DNA of 64,000 nt. Source: Camelus ferus (lineage: Eukaryota). Every line of letters begins with the position of its first letter. The stretch's first letter is position 1. Location: assembly GCF_009834535.1 (NCBI RefSeq), contig NC_045697.1, positions 70,682,001-70,746,000 on the forward strand, given 5' to 3'. The notes beneath the pieces were generated by a model. The model made no database searches. It worked only from the letters and a program-made list of their open reading frames with translations, and had not been told where the DNA came from. A program made the translations under genes and the position numbers. Shown here in pieces: positions 24,791 through 37,918 of this stretch.

Positions 24791-25609
24791 AACCAAATAC
24801 AAACATTGTAGTAGAACACAGCCCATAATAAAAAGAAGGCCAAATTAGCTTCTAAGTTACCGAGTTGGTAAAAGTTAGACACTAAAGCTCCAGTGTCTTC
24901 CAACAGGAGAAAGTTTTATATCCTCATTAAGAGTCATTTTACTTTTATTTTAAATGAATAATACCATTGCTTAATCATTTATTTTAATTTTTTATAATTG
25001 AATCAAAGCAGCAATTAGGAGAGGGGAAGATGCCTGCTAGAGACAGGCAAGCTGAAGTCTAATAATAAGAACTAACAGCTGAGAGTCCATTGGGGAAAGA
25101 GAAAAACAAAAACTATTCCCAAAAATGCACAAAAGCGCAGAAAGAATGGCAGTCTAGGACCTCTTTAGGTAGGAATAAACAGATTTCAATAGCTCCAGAT
25201 TATCTCACTGCATTTCAGACTATTAATGTCCCTGAGTTACTAATGCAAGAGTCAAATCATTTTTAGTATTCTCTGATTAAGACCTCGGGGAAGTGTAATG
25301 AGTCTTACGAAGAGTTAGATCACAAAAATAATATTGGATGTAGATTAGAGTAAATTTCAGTTATTTGGAAAATTAACAGAAGTGGAAAAGTTTATCCCCA
25401 GATAAATGAGATACTTACATACTTTCCATGGGGATAGTGGTTAAATAACATCCTTAGGTTGGGCGTGGGACTAGCCTGGCATAGGAAGTGGTCTGGCGGG
25501 TGGTGTCATAATTTGTATTTATGGTGCAAGAAACTGGAGAAGATTCCTGCCTGAGACTACACAGGGCAGTGGGAGTCAGAGGAAAGCCACACCCGTGTGC
25601 ATGAGAGCT

Positions 25610-25762
25610 TTGACACTCCAAGGCAGCCCCTGGACCGGCAGCTGCAACATCCCTGGGAGCTTGTTAGAAGTACAGACACTCAGATCCCACTCCAGACTGC
25701 CTGAGTTAGAATCTGCATTTTGACAAAATTTCCTGGGCACATTAAAGTTTGAAAAGTGCTAC
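25610..25762. mobile_element. MER5A MITE
   Basis: CAGCTGCAACATCCCTGGGAGCTTGTTAGAAGTACAGA...AGAATCTGCATTTTGACAA...CACATTAAAGTTTGAAAAGTGCT. Confidence 0.85.
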
Positions 25763-26074
25763 ATTAGCAAGAGCTGGGATTTCAGTGTCAAAGGATGTAG
25801 TCGATGTTGAAAATCTGAGAGTTCAGAATTCAGAATCATACAGCGACTGAGAGTTCAAAAGCAAGTTCAAATTATATAAAATTGCCAAGAATAACTCAGG
25901 GGCATCCACGTACCCTTAAAGAGGGGCTGAGATGAGCAGGGTCATAGACAGGACAGATACCTTACACACATTTCTCTTTAAAAAACTCACAGATTTATCT
26001 CAAATATTCTTCAAAATGTTTTCACTGTAACATAAAAGAAAAATGATCAAGTCATGTGTCCAACTCAATGAGTT

Positions 26075-26840
26075 TTAAAGCTATTTTAATGACGCATTTA
26101 TATGCAAAAAACCCCATAATAACTTTTAACAAATGTATACACCCAGGCAATTACTGCTTTGATCAGGATATAGATCATATTCACCACCCCACATTAATGT
26201 CATCCCCCAAGGCAACTGCTGTTCTGATTTCTATCACCATGGATAGCTTTGCTTGTTCTTAATTCTATAGAACATATTAAGTATTATTATGTACTTTTTC
26301 GTATCTAGATCCTTTGCCTTAACATAGTACTTTTGAGAGTCACTTTATATTGTGGAACATATCAATACTTTACTACTTTTTATTTATTCATCCTTGTATG
26401 AACACACCACATTTGTTTATCCATTCTCCTACTGATGGACATTTTGGTTGTCTCTGGTATTTTTGCTTTTATAAATAAATCATCTATAAAAGTTCTTATA
26501 CAGGGTTTTTGTGGACAATGTTTTGCTTCTCTTAGGTGAATATCTAGGTGTGGAACTGTTACTCACTTTCTAAGAAACAACCAGATTCCCAAAGTGATTG
26601 TATCATAGTATGTCCTCACCAGCAATATATGACAGCTCCCCTCTCTCCGTATCTTTGCCAGTGTTTAGTGTGGTGTTATCAGCCTTTTTAATTTGAGCCA
26701 TATAAAATGGTTGTGGCGGTAAAATAATGTCTTACTGTGGTTTCAATATGCATTTTCCTGTTGACAGATGATGAGCATCTCTTTGTGTGTGCTTATCCCT
26801 CATCTCTCCATCTTCTTTTGTGAAGGATCTATTTGAAATC
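26075..26840 (-). mobile_element. Ancient L1M 3' part (continues at 30054)
   Basis: TTTGTTTATCCATTCTCCTACTGATGGACATTTTGGTTG...TGTGAAGGATCTATTTGAAATC; the L1 text resumes after the MaLR insertion. Confidence 0.85.
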
Positions 26841-26991
26841 TGTTGCAGATACAGTTTCCAAAATAACAATAATAAAAATAGCCACAATAATATCTCCCAT
26901 TACATATGTTTCTTGTATAATGCATTCTTGACATTCCTGCCATCAGATAGTGGGGTATGTGTCACTTCATCTTAAAAACAGGTGAAGCTTA

Positions 26992-27416
26992 TGGATGGGC
27001 CTAGAGATTACCATATTAAGTGAAGTAAGTCAGTCAGAAAAAGACAAATATACGGAATCACTTATATGTGGAATCTAAAAAAATGGCACAACTGAACTTA
27101 TTTACAAACCAGAAATAGACTCACAGACATAGAAAAAACTATGGTTACCAAAGGGGAAAGGGATGGGGGAGGGACAGATTAAGAGTTTGAGATTAACAGA
27201 TACACACTACTATATATAAAATAGATAAACAATAAAGACCTATTATATAGCACAGGGAACCATATTCAATATATTGTAATAACCTATAATGGAAAAAAAT
27301 CTGAAAAAGAATATATATATATATATAAAACTGAATCAATTTTCTGTCTACTTGAAACTAACATATTGTAAATCCACTATACTTCAATAAAAGTAAATTT
27401 TTTAAAAAATCAACTA
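26992..27416 (+). mobile_element. 5'-truncated L1 3' end inserted in the MaLR 5' LTR, 18-bp TSD
   Basis: AAGTGAAGTAAGTCAG...ATATGTGGAATCTAAAAAA...TATAGCACAGGGAAC. TSD is AAAAACAGGTGAAGCTTA (26974-26991) / AAAAATAGGTGAAGTTTA (27417-27434) at a TT/AAAA site. Confidence 0.92.
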
Positions 27417-28073
27417 AAAAATAGGTGAAGTTTAGTGACTGTCTTGGCTGACAGAGTATAGTAGAAGTGTTGCTCTACAACTTCAGAGGCTAGGTTATAA
27501 AATGCTATATACCTTACCTGGTTTTCTGGGGATGATCCCTCTTGAAACCCAGCCATCATGCAGTTTGAAAACCTGCACCACCTTGTGGAGAGATCCGTGT
27601 GGATAGGAAGAGACAGCCAGCACACTTGTATCATGTAAGTGTGTCAGTCCTCTAGCCCCATTTGAACTGCCTTAGCTGACACCAAGTGGAACAGAGACAA
27701 GCTGTCTCCACTGAGATTTACTCAGATTGCAGATTCATGAGCAAAAAAAAAATGAATGTTTTTGTTTTGAACCACTTAGCTGTAGAATGGTTTGCTATGC
27801 AGCATTAGAATATATTTTGGCTACTTCATAACAAAAACTAAAACACGTGACAATGGCTTTTGTGATTGAATGGTGAGAGAAAACCAAAGAATATTAGTAG
27901 AATCCTAAAGACCTTAGGCAGAAGCTTGAGAGAAGCTGTTAGTGAAAGTTTAAAGTTATGTAAAGAAAATACTGGCACCAGAATGAAAGGGGAACCTTGT
28001 AATTCATTGGTGAGATATGTGGCCATACCGGCCTCTGAGGTAAAAAGGGAAATAGGAAATTGGCTAACTTAAT

Positions 28074-28282
28074 CAGGGATCTGAAAACTTTCTCAAAGGG
28101 CCAAAAAGTAAATATTTTAGGCCTTCTGGCCGTACAATCTCTGTCACAACTACTGAACTATGCCATTATTGTGGGAAAACGAGCATAGAAAATACATAAA
28201 TGTATGTCCATGAACTTGTTACAGTAAAACTTTGTTTACAAGAATCGGTACCACCTCACAGGGCGTAGTTTGCCTTCATATA
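28074..28282. mobile_element. MER58A-like hAT MITE inside the MaLR internal region
   Basis: CAGGGATCTGAAAACTTTC...AAGGGCCA...GTAAATATTTTAGGC...TCTCTGTCACAACTACT...GTAGTTTGCC. Confidence 0.85.
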
Positions 28283-29169
28283 GCTAAAGAGATACCCAGG
28301 TAGGATACTACAAGGTCTACCTTATGTATTCTTGTTTGTGATACAATGCAAGAGGAAAAAGATAAGTTTAAGAATGACCTGTTAAATACAAAGGAGCCAG
28401 GACTTTCTGGATTTGAAAATGGAACTGTTCCTCATTCCCAGCCTCTCCAGATGGCAGAAGATTCTCAAAGTAAGACAACATTTCAAGCAAAAGATTCAAT
28501 CTAGGGTCATTCTCTTAAGATCCATTGTTAAGATCTCAGGAAGATCTAAGGTGATGCTTCATAAAATCTTTTAAGTAGAAAAAAGGTATGAAGCCATGAG
28601 TAACAGAGAATTGTTTTCAGGGAGCAATATTTCACCCTAATCAAGAAAGTGACAACACAGAGCCAGCTGGATCTCCAGATTGCTACTGACTGGTGACTGA
28701 TGTGTGTCTCCCATTTTCCCTCCTTTTGAATGTGTCTGTAGCAGGTATTCAGTTATTCTTTGCTTCTTTCACTAATATATGTTGGATGGGGTTAGGGGAC
28801 AGGACAGATAACTTTTGTTTCTCTAGTTCACAGATCTTCATATTAAAATAAACCACATTTAGAAGTTGAAACATTCACCTTGTCTTTACCAGTATCTCAT
28901 TTAGATGACAAAATCCTGGACTTCAAAATTGAGCCTGATGAGGTAATGGGTGAGATATGGATCTAAAGTTCTTTTTTTAGGACCTGAGTATATTTCAGCT
29001 GTAAAAGGAATGCTAGTAATTTGTGGCTACAGGGTCAGCTGGGGCAGTTTTAAAACATGATCCCCAAATTCATTGACACTTCTTCCATTCAGTGATAGAT
29101 TCTATAGCTCCTTCCATTGGATCTAGGCTCCGTGGGTGTTAGACCAATATAGTACGACAGAAGAAACAC

Positions 29170-29648
29170 TGTGACATTTGGGAAAGAGTCTCATGCATAT
29201 AGTCTTTCAACCCCCACTTAATCACCTAAGAATGGGCCCCAGGACCTACACTTCCTCACCAAACACCTCTTTGCTCATAGCCTGTGCTGGACTTTTCAAC
29301 TTGTGTGAAAATATCTTTCCCTGTTTCAGACTCAATGCGTACTCCTTTGTTCTGCTTAAACATGTCACACAGCACCTGGCCAATCCCACTGCAATATCTG
29401 TTACTTGTAGGAAGGTTATGGGATCCTTCTGCTGCAGCACAAGAAGGATGTGTGCAGGCTAACTGCAAGGAGGAGCTCACAGGCTATGAGAGACAGACCC
29501 ACACTGCTCAAGCAAGTTCTGTCTCTTCTCTATATGAGTACTTGAGTGTGTTGTGTTTGCCTTGGAAACTCCAATACCAAGACGTGGTGGGCAGAAGTGT
29601 TCAAAGTTCTGCTCCTGATAATAGGCAACAGATGCCACTCGCTCCACA
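29170..29648 (+). mobile_element. ERVL-class solo LTR (MER70-like) inserted in the MaLR 3' LTR
   Basis: A TG...CA-bounded block of about 480 bp splits the MLT1 phrase GAAG...CTGTG|CCAGTTCC. The family name is recalled and uncertain. Confidence 0.7.
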
Positions 29649-30053
29649 GCGCCAGTTCCTGAGCCTAGACCTTAATAACCTGAAGCTTCCATTTTCTCTT
29701 GGGATGCTTGCTCTTGGAACCCAACTGCTCTGTTAACAGGAAGCCAAGCAGCCACATGGACAGGACATGTGCAGTGTTATGCACAATAGTCCTTGATGAG
29801 GCACCAGTCTCCATCCAAAAACAACTTCCACATATGTAAATCAGTAAGCCTTCAGATGATTCATTCCAACCTCCAGGCATTGAGTTACCCTTAGTCTTCA
29901 TGCCATTTGAGCTGTGGCCATCTAAAGCAGATATATGCTATCCCCTCTGAGCCTTGCTCAAATTACAGATTTGTAAGCAAAATAAATGACAGTCTTTGCC
30001 TTAAGTCATTAAGTTTGGGGTAGCTCATTACTCAGTGTTAGACGACTGAAACA

Positions 30054-32920
30054 AAGTATTTTGCTCATTTTTTAACTGAATTGCTTGCTGTTTTACAAAT
30101 TGGTTTATAGGAGTCTTTTACATATTCAGGATACAAGACTACGTCAGATATATGAACTAAAAATATCTTTTCCCAGTCTATGACTTCCCTTTTCCTTCTC
30201 TTAATGCTAAGTTTGGCCCAGCAGAAGGTTTTAATTTTGATGTGGTAGAATTTATTATTTTTATCTTTTATGAGTAATGCTTTCTTTGTTGTCTTGAAAG
30301 AAACTGTGCCTACTCCAGGTTTTATGGGTTGTTTTTTTTTTTCAAGAAGCTTAATAGTTTTAACTTTTACATTTAAGTCTATGATCCAACTGAATTGCAC
30401 TTGCACATACATGTGTTATATGAACAAGTGTTTAAATTTGTGTTTCTATTTATTAGCCAGTTGTTTCAGCACACTTTGCTAAAAAGATTTTTTCTATCCC
30501 AATTGAATTACCTTGGTATCTTTGTTAAAAAAAAAAAACCAAATAACTCTCTCTGTTCCACTGGTCACTTTATTTTTATGCTAGCATGATTGAAGTGACC
30601 CTGTAGAAAGTCTTGAAGCCAGATAGTGCAGTTCTTCCAATTTGGTGCTTAGTAAAAATTCTTTTAGTTATCCAAGATCCTTTGCATCTCCATAAATTCA
30701 AAATCGACTGTTAAATTTCTACAAGAATCTATTGGGATGTTGATTGGGATTAAGTTGCCTCTATAGATCAATGGAGAGAATTGATATCTTAACAACAATT
30801 TTTTAATCCCTGACCATGGTTTATCTCTCCATTTTTTTCTCATAAATGTTTTACAGTTTTCAATGTGCAGTGGTTTAACATCTTTCATTAAATTTAATCC
30901 TAAATAGTTTACATTTTTTATGTTACTGTAAATGGATTTAAAAAATTTCCTTTATAATTTAGTGCTTCTTTCATTAAAAAACAGTTGATTTTTGTATATT
31001 GACTTTCTAGCCTGTGACTTTGTTAAAAATATTTTTGAGTTCTATGAGCCTGTTTTTGAATCTTTTTTAAGATCTTTTACATAACTAGTTTTGGTATCTA
31101 TTAAAGAGAGTGTTAACTCTTTCTTTTAAACCTTATGGCTATGATTTCTTTATCTTATCTTATTGCATTGCTTAGGGCCTCTGACACAGTGTTGCATAGA
31201 AATGATGAGAGGAGCTATTTTTCTCCTCTGTCAATCTTCATGAGACAACATTAAATTTTTTTACTACTAAATATGATATAGGTATTTTTTGTAGATGCTC
31301 TATATCAAATAGAGGAATTCCCTTTGATTCCAAGTTTGATGAATATGTTTTAAATCATGTCCAATGCTTTTGCTGCATTTATTTAATTTTTTTTTCTTTA
31401 GTCTCTTTAATTTGGTGAATTACACTGACTGATTTTTTATTTGCATGCTTGAATGCTGACTTATTATTTTTGTTGCTATTAAGGATTTTTGTGATGATGT
31501 TCGTGAGGTATAATGGACTCTAGTTTTACTCGAGTTTTGTCAAGTTTTGGTAATAGAGCTAAGCATGCCTCATAAAACAAGTTTGGATACGTTCTCTTCT
31601 CCTATATTTCCCAAAAGAGTTTTGATAACATTGGTATTATTTCTTCATTAAACACTTGGTAGAAAACATCGATGAAACCATCTACATCTGAATTTTTTTA
31701 TAGTAACTTTTTCTGTAACAAGTTTAATCTCACTAACAGAGATATCAAGCTGTTTATGTTTTTTATTTCTCCTTTCATCTGTCTTGAAAAGTTTCATTTT
31801 TTTGAGGAATTTGTTTATTTCATCTAGATTGTCAAATGCATTGACCTAAGTTATTCACAATATTTGTTTATTATCTGTTTAATGTCTGTAGGACCTATAA
31901 GGATAACCTCTCTTTCATCAGTAATTTACATGGGTAATTTGTGTTTTCCCTTTTTTCCCCCTCTTCTCAATCAATCCTGCTAGTGTTTTTTTCAATTTTT
32001 TTGACCTTCTCAAAGAACCAATTTTCATCTTTGTGACTCTTTTCTACTGTCCATCTTTCTTACGTTAATTTCTTCTCTTATTATTTTCTTTCTTCTTCTT
32101 AGTTTTGTTTACTTTTTATTTTCTGACTTCTTAACACGTACACTTATAACACTGATTTTAAGCTTTCCTTATTTTCTAGAGCCACACCCTACATATTTTG
32201 ATATATTGTATTTTATTATCATTCATTTAACAACACTTTGTAATTTTCTATGATTTATTATTTGACCCTGAGTTACTGAGAAATGTGTTATTTAAATTCA
32301 AAATACTTGAGGGAATATTTAAATATTTTATATTATTAAATTTTAATAATAATATTACTGAATTTTAGTTTAATTTTGCTGTGTTCAGAGAACATCTTCT
32401 TAATGAGTTAATTATTTTGAAATGTATTAATATTTATTTTATGGCCCAGCATATGATTTAACTTTGTGAACATTTTATGGCCACTTAAAAATGACACGTG
32501 CTCCATGGTTTTGGAGTGAAGTGTTCTATAAATGTCAATTAGTTCAAGATTAGTTGATAAAGTTATCAAATCTATATTTTTCTGATTTTTTTCTTGACCT
32601 ATCAATTAATGAGAGTTGAGTATTAAAATCTTTATCTATGATTTTGAATTTATTTATTATTTTTCTGTTTACTTATGTCATTTTTGCATGTACGTAGGAT
32701 TGTAATATCTTCATGAAAATTATTTATCATTATGCAATATTTCTATTTATTTATGATACCTTTTCTCCTGCATTTATTTTGTCTAACAGTGATACAACCA
32801 CTCTAGCTTTTCTATGCTTACTGTTTGCATATATATTTTTCCTTCTTTTTATTTTCAATATATGTAGATATTAAATTTAAAATGGATCTCTTGCAGAGGT
32901 ATTTTAGTCAGGAATTTTTT
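30054..32920 (-). mobile_element. Ancient L1M ORF2 region (degraded)
   Basis: Minus-strand ORF fragments are L1 ORF2-like: WIIDLNVKVKTIKLLEK, DWEKIF and LELIDIYRTLH. Confidence 0.92.
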
Positions 32921-33149
32921 CTCTCATTTTATATTTCCTTGACTATTTCAATAACTCAGTAAAACAAATATTGTTATAAACATTTTCTAAGTGGGGAAAC
33001 AGCAACGGAGAAAATTTAAAGGTCTGACCTACTCTTCAAACAATGGTCTTCTAGCTTTCAACGCTGCTATTTGAGTAAGATAACTACAAAAATTTGGTTT
33101 GTCAAAAGTAATTTTGGCCTAAAACAATAAACATAGTATAGGTTACTGA

Positions 33150-33625
33150 AAAAAATGCTCTGTACCTTCTCTCTTCAGCTTCAACTACAATTCTTATCAC
33201 AGCAAAAGAGCCATCATATCTAATCTCGATCTGTCTTTTGATCTCCAGTTTATATTTGTCATATCTTTTTGGATATTCCTGTTTAGATGCACTTTAGGCA
33301 TCATAAACAAATAGTTGTATTTTAAAATCTCATTTTGCCTATAAAATCTGTTTTTTTAATTCCTTACTTTGATTAAACAAATCAGTAACCGCCACCCACC
33401 AAATCTCACTTTTTGTTTCTTATTTAATTCTTCTATCTAATTAGTCACTGAGTTTTTTTGTTTTTGTTTTTTTTTTATTTGAAAATAGTTCTTGAACTCA
33501 TCCCTGCTTCTCCAAAACATTAGATTTCACCTTCTTGGTTGTGTAGTATTTTACAAGTATATCATAATTGGTCTACCTTCAGCCATTTTCTCCATCAGAA
33601 ATCACAATGACAACCAGAGTCATTC
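33150..33625 (+). mobile_element. L2 fragment (continues weakly at about 34841-35220 after the young L1)
   Basis: TCTCTTCAGCTTCAACTAC...GATCTCCAG...GGATATTCCTGTTTAGATG. Confidence 0.6.
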
Positions 33626-33635
33626 AACAATGCTC

Positions 33636-34830
33636 CAAACTGCATTCCCACCAGCAGTGTAGGAGGGTTCCCCTTTCTCCACAGCCTCTCCAGCATTTGT
33701 CATTTGTGGATTTTTGAATGACAGCCATTCTGACTGGTGTGAGGTGATACCTCATTGTAGTTTTGATTTGCATTTCTCTGATAACTAGTGATATAGAGCA
33801 TTTTTTCCTGTGCCTTTTGATCATTTGTATGTCTTCCTTGGAGAATTGCTTGTTTAGGTCTTCTGCCCATTTTTGGATTGGGTTGTTTATTTTTTTCTTA
33901 TTGAGTCATATGAGCTGCTTATATATTCTGGAGATCAAGCCTTTGTCAGTTTCATTTGCAAAAATTTTCTCCCATTCTGTAGGTTGTCTTTTTGTTTTAC
34001 TTATGGTTTCCTTTGCTGTGCAGAAGCTTGTAAGTTTCATTAGGTCCCATTTGTTTATTCTTGCTTTTATTTCTTCTAGGAGAAAATTTTTGAGATGTAT
34101 GTCAGATAATGTTTTGCCTATGTTTTGGTGCAGCCACTATGGAAAACAGTGTGGAGATTCCTCAAAAGACTAGGAATAGACTTACTGTATGACCCAGGAA
34201 TCCCACTCCTGGGCTTGTATCCAGAAGGAAATCTACTTCAGGATGACACCCGCACCCCAATGTTCATAGCAGCACTATTTATAATAGCCAAAACATGGAA
34301 ACAGCATAAATGTCCATCAACAGGTGACTGGATAAAGAAGATGTGGTATATTTATACAATGGAATACTACTCAGCCATAAAAACCGACAACATAACACCA
34401 TTTGCAGCAACATGGATGCTCCTGGAGAATGTCATTCTAAGTGAAGTAAGCCAGAAAGAGAAAGAAAAATACCATATGAGATCACTCATATGTGGAATCT
34501 AAAAAACAAAAACAAAAATAACAACAACAAAAAAACAAAGCGTAAATACAAAACAGAAATAGACTCATAGACATACAATACAAACTTGTGGTTGCCAAGA
34601 GCGGAGGGTGGAAAGGATAGACGGAATTTCAAAATTGCAGGATAGATAAACAAGATTATACTGTATAGCACAGGGAAATAGACACAAAATCTTACGGTAG
34701 CTCACAGAGAAAAAATGTGACAATGAATATATATATGTTCATGTATAACTGAAAAATTGTGCTGAACACTGGAATTTGACACAACATTGTAAAAGGATTA
34801 TAAATCAATAAAAATGTTTAAAAAAACAAA
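33636..34830 (+). mobile_element. Young 5'-truncated, 5'-inverted LINE-1 (inverted part 33636-~34123, sense part ~34124-34830), 10-bp TSD
   Basis: The minus ORF ends ...[10 protein letters not shown] and the plus ORF continues [12 protein letters not shown]...SLICGI*, forming a contiguous ORF2 C-terminus. A 3'UTR, AATAAA and A-tail follow. TSD is AACAATGCTC (33626-33635) / AAAAATGCTC (34831-34840). Confidence 0.95.
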
Positions 34831-37004
34831 AAAAATGCTCAACAAAATCTATAAATTCTTACACAGCTCTGACAAAAAAAAAAAAAAAGACAAGTTCACA
34901 TTCTCAACACTCTATTGTTTGCATATAAAGACTCTCTTAGTTTGGCAGAAACCAATGTTCACCACACCAGGGCATCTTTCACACTTTAATGCATTTACTC
35001 TTCTTACTGACGAGGGTATTCTCTCTCCAATCTCTTCACCATGAAATCCTGTCTATCTATCTAATCATCTAGCTAACTAGCTAGCTATATATTAATCTAT
35101 ATATCTATTCTTTGAATCTCAATATAAATGTGATTCCCTTGTCAAGCCTTGCCTAACTCCTCAGCCCCAGGCTCCGTTAGTTGCTTCCTCTTCACTATTC
35201 TCTGTTCTCTACTTTTATATCAGAGATGTTTAATTTCTTCTTCCATCATTATTTTACCTTATTTTAACATTAAAATCTGTGCGTATGCTTGAAATGTTGA
35301 ATACCAGACACACATTAAGAACTATCACCATAATAAAAACAAATATATGTATATGTGATACGCTGCATGTTTACTGGTAGATGAGTCAAGGTGGTTAGAA
35401 CACACACTGATTAAATTTTATTGTTTGCACTGAACAGATAAATCTATGTTGATTTTTGAGTAAATTCATATGAATACCATATTGGAAAAAAAATGTGCTA
35501 GAAAATACCAGGGCACCAGGTATTTCGTAGCAATTTGGTTCATCTCACCTTCATACTGTAAATACTTTTTTGATGTCTGTGAATAATATTGTGAATTATT
35601 TGAGAGAAGAAATCACCATTTTTATTCATCTCTGTCTTTTTTATCCTCCACCACCATGACTAGCAAATGGTAGGCTCCCAACAATGGTTTAGATAAAAAC
35701 AGATTTTTTAAAAAACTTGTAACTATGGAGGCCAAGACTGAAAAGACTGTATGCTGTAAAACTGTGAAGGAGTAATTATTCTTTTAATAGTTTATTTTAG
35801 AGATGAGGCACTGAGTTGAATAGACATGGTGGAATGAAGGAGCTTGGGAAATAAGACAGATCTATGCAAAGAATCTCATTAAATGTTTAATCAAAATTTC
35901 ATGACCTGTATAGGGAATTGAAAAGACTCCCTGAGAAGTCATAAAAATTAATTTGGAGGGGAATTAAAAATGGAGGCTCACAGTGCTGGGTAAGTGATTT
36001 TGTGTCCCACAAAGCTCCCTAAGAGTGTTTATGAGCTGAGCATCCTGTACTGAGCTCATGAAACAGGAAACAATGCATCAGTCTTGGCATCTCTTGGTAT
36101 TTGAAATGCTTGGAATTATTATCTCATACTCTTGGCTGTCTCAAAGGAAACAAAACAGAAGTGTATGTTTGGGTCAGGCTTTAATTTTCCAGAAGACTGA
36201 AAAATTCAATCACTACCTACCCAGACACAAATCTGGTCTTCTTTTCCCACTGATCAGGAGGAGTTCATTCTTTTGGGCCTGTGTCAAATGTAATGGGCAG
36301 TGTAGGAAGGTGATAACCCAAGTGTATTTCAGCCTTCACTCCACATTTATTCTCTCTTCTGACTTTCAGCTTTAATTCACTGTGGGGATCATTGTGTAAA
36401 TTTCACTACCTTATTTTCCTTCTCGATTAATACTGGGTAGGAATAATGAAATGTTAACTAAGATTATGAAAATATAGTGCCTGTGACTCCACACACAAAT
36501 TTTCTGAATTCTATCATTTTGGACTACAGAAAATATGCTATGGAAGAATCTAATTAGCACATAAAACTTACTCCAAAACCTGGACAAATGAATATCAATG
36601 TAAAATGAATATTAGTATAATATTAAAGCTATAGCATTTAAGTGTTAAAAAGTTGTCATATTTAAAATTAGTATTCACATAACTAAAATGATTTATTGCA
36701 CACATTTTTGATAGCATAACCAAGATTTCAGAAGTCAACATATGACATAAATGCTGAAGAACAGTTAATTAGTAATAGAGTGAGGCTCTTTCAAAATGCT
36801 TGAAAAGTTGACTATCAGATGATGACCACAGGTTTTTCAGCCTTTTCTCCTCAGGCATAAAAACGTAGAGAAAAGCAAAATACGTTTTAATGCTTCAATT
36901 ATGATTATGCTCAAAGAAGTGCACATTATAAATTAGAATTTATATCCATGCCTATTTCTCAATAAAGAAACATATTTCTTATGAGATATTTCTAAGAGAG
37001 AAAT

Positions 37005-37590
37005 AGGAGGGAGATTAAGAGGTACTAACTGCCAGTTACAAAATCAATGAGTCCCAGGTATGAACTGCACAGTGTGGGGAGTATAGTCAATAATAACCAT
37101 TCTGAATGCTCATTTTGAAAAGTATAGAAATATTTAATCACTATGTTGTACACTAAAAACTAACATAGTGTTGTAGGTCAATTAAACTTCAACAACAAAC
37201 AAACAAACAAACTCATAGAAAAAGAGGTTAGATTTGTGGTTACTAGAGGTGAAGTGCTGGGGGAGAGCGGATTGGAGGAAGGTGGTCAAAAGATACAAAC
37301 TTCCAGTTGTAAGATAAATAAGCACTAGGGATGTGATGTACAGCATGGTAGACCTAATTAACACTGCTGTGTGTTATATGTGAAAGCTATCAAGAGAGTA
37401 ACTCCTAAGAGGTCTCATCACAAGGAAAATATATTTTTCCTTTTTCTTTTATTTTGTATCTGTATGAGATGATGGATGTTCACTAAAAATACTGTGACAA
37501 TCATTTCATGATATGTGTAAGTCAAATCATTATGCTCTACACCCTAAACTTACACAGTGCTATACATCTATTATATATCAATAAATGGGA
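37005..37590 (+). mobile_element. L1 3'UTR (intermediate age)
   Basis: AACTCATAGAAAAAGAG...ATACAAACTTCCAGTTGTAAGATAAATAAG...TCTCATCACAAG...CAATAAA. Confidence 0.85.
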
Positions 37591-37649
37591 AAAATAATTT
37601 GGATAAACAAAAGATAAACAAAACAAAATAGAATAAAGTGAATATACGT

Positions 37650-37918
37650 ATCTATATGTGTATGCCACATCTTCTTTATCCGTTCTTCTATTGATGGACA
37701 CAGGTTGTTTCCAGGTCTTGACTATTGTACATAATGCTGCTATAAATATAGGGGTGCAGATATCTTTTCAAATTAGTGTTTCCTTTGGATATATTCCCAG
37801 AAGTAGAATTGCTGGCTTATATGGCACTTCCATGTTTAATTTTTTGAGGGAACTCTATACTATTTTCCATAGTGGCTACACCAATTTATAATCCCAACAA
37901 TAGTGCACAAGGGTTCCC
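37650..37918 (-). mobile_element. L1 ORF2 3' fragment
   Basis: CCACATCTTCTTTATCC...ATATATTCCCAGAAGTAGAATTGCTGG...TTTTCCATAGTGGCTACACCAATTTA. Confidence 0.88.

Larger units (their letters stand above)
26841..30053 (+). mobile_element. Complete MaLR (MLT1G-like) provirus: 5' LTR 26841-~27812, internal ~27813-29039, 3' LTR 29040-30053; carries three nested insertions
   Basis: Starts TGTTGCAGA and ends GACTGAAACA. Both LTRs end in the ...CAGATT..TGAGCAAAA...TGTTTT AAGC/CATTAAG-type block. The internal region starts ATTTTGG...ATAACAAAAACTAAAACACGTG. Confidence 0.85.

Noticed and set aside
29178..29736. Cluster of overlapping ORFs on both strands
   Set aside because: Lies within nested LTR sequence, where higher GC lowers stop frequency.
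33763..34502. 136-aa and 125-aa ORFs as host genes
   Set aside because: They are antisense and sense translations of the L1 ORF2 C-terminus.
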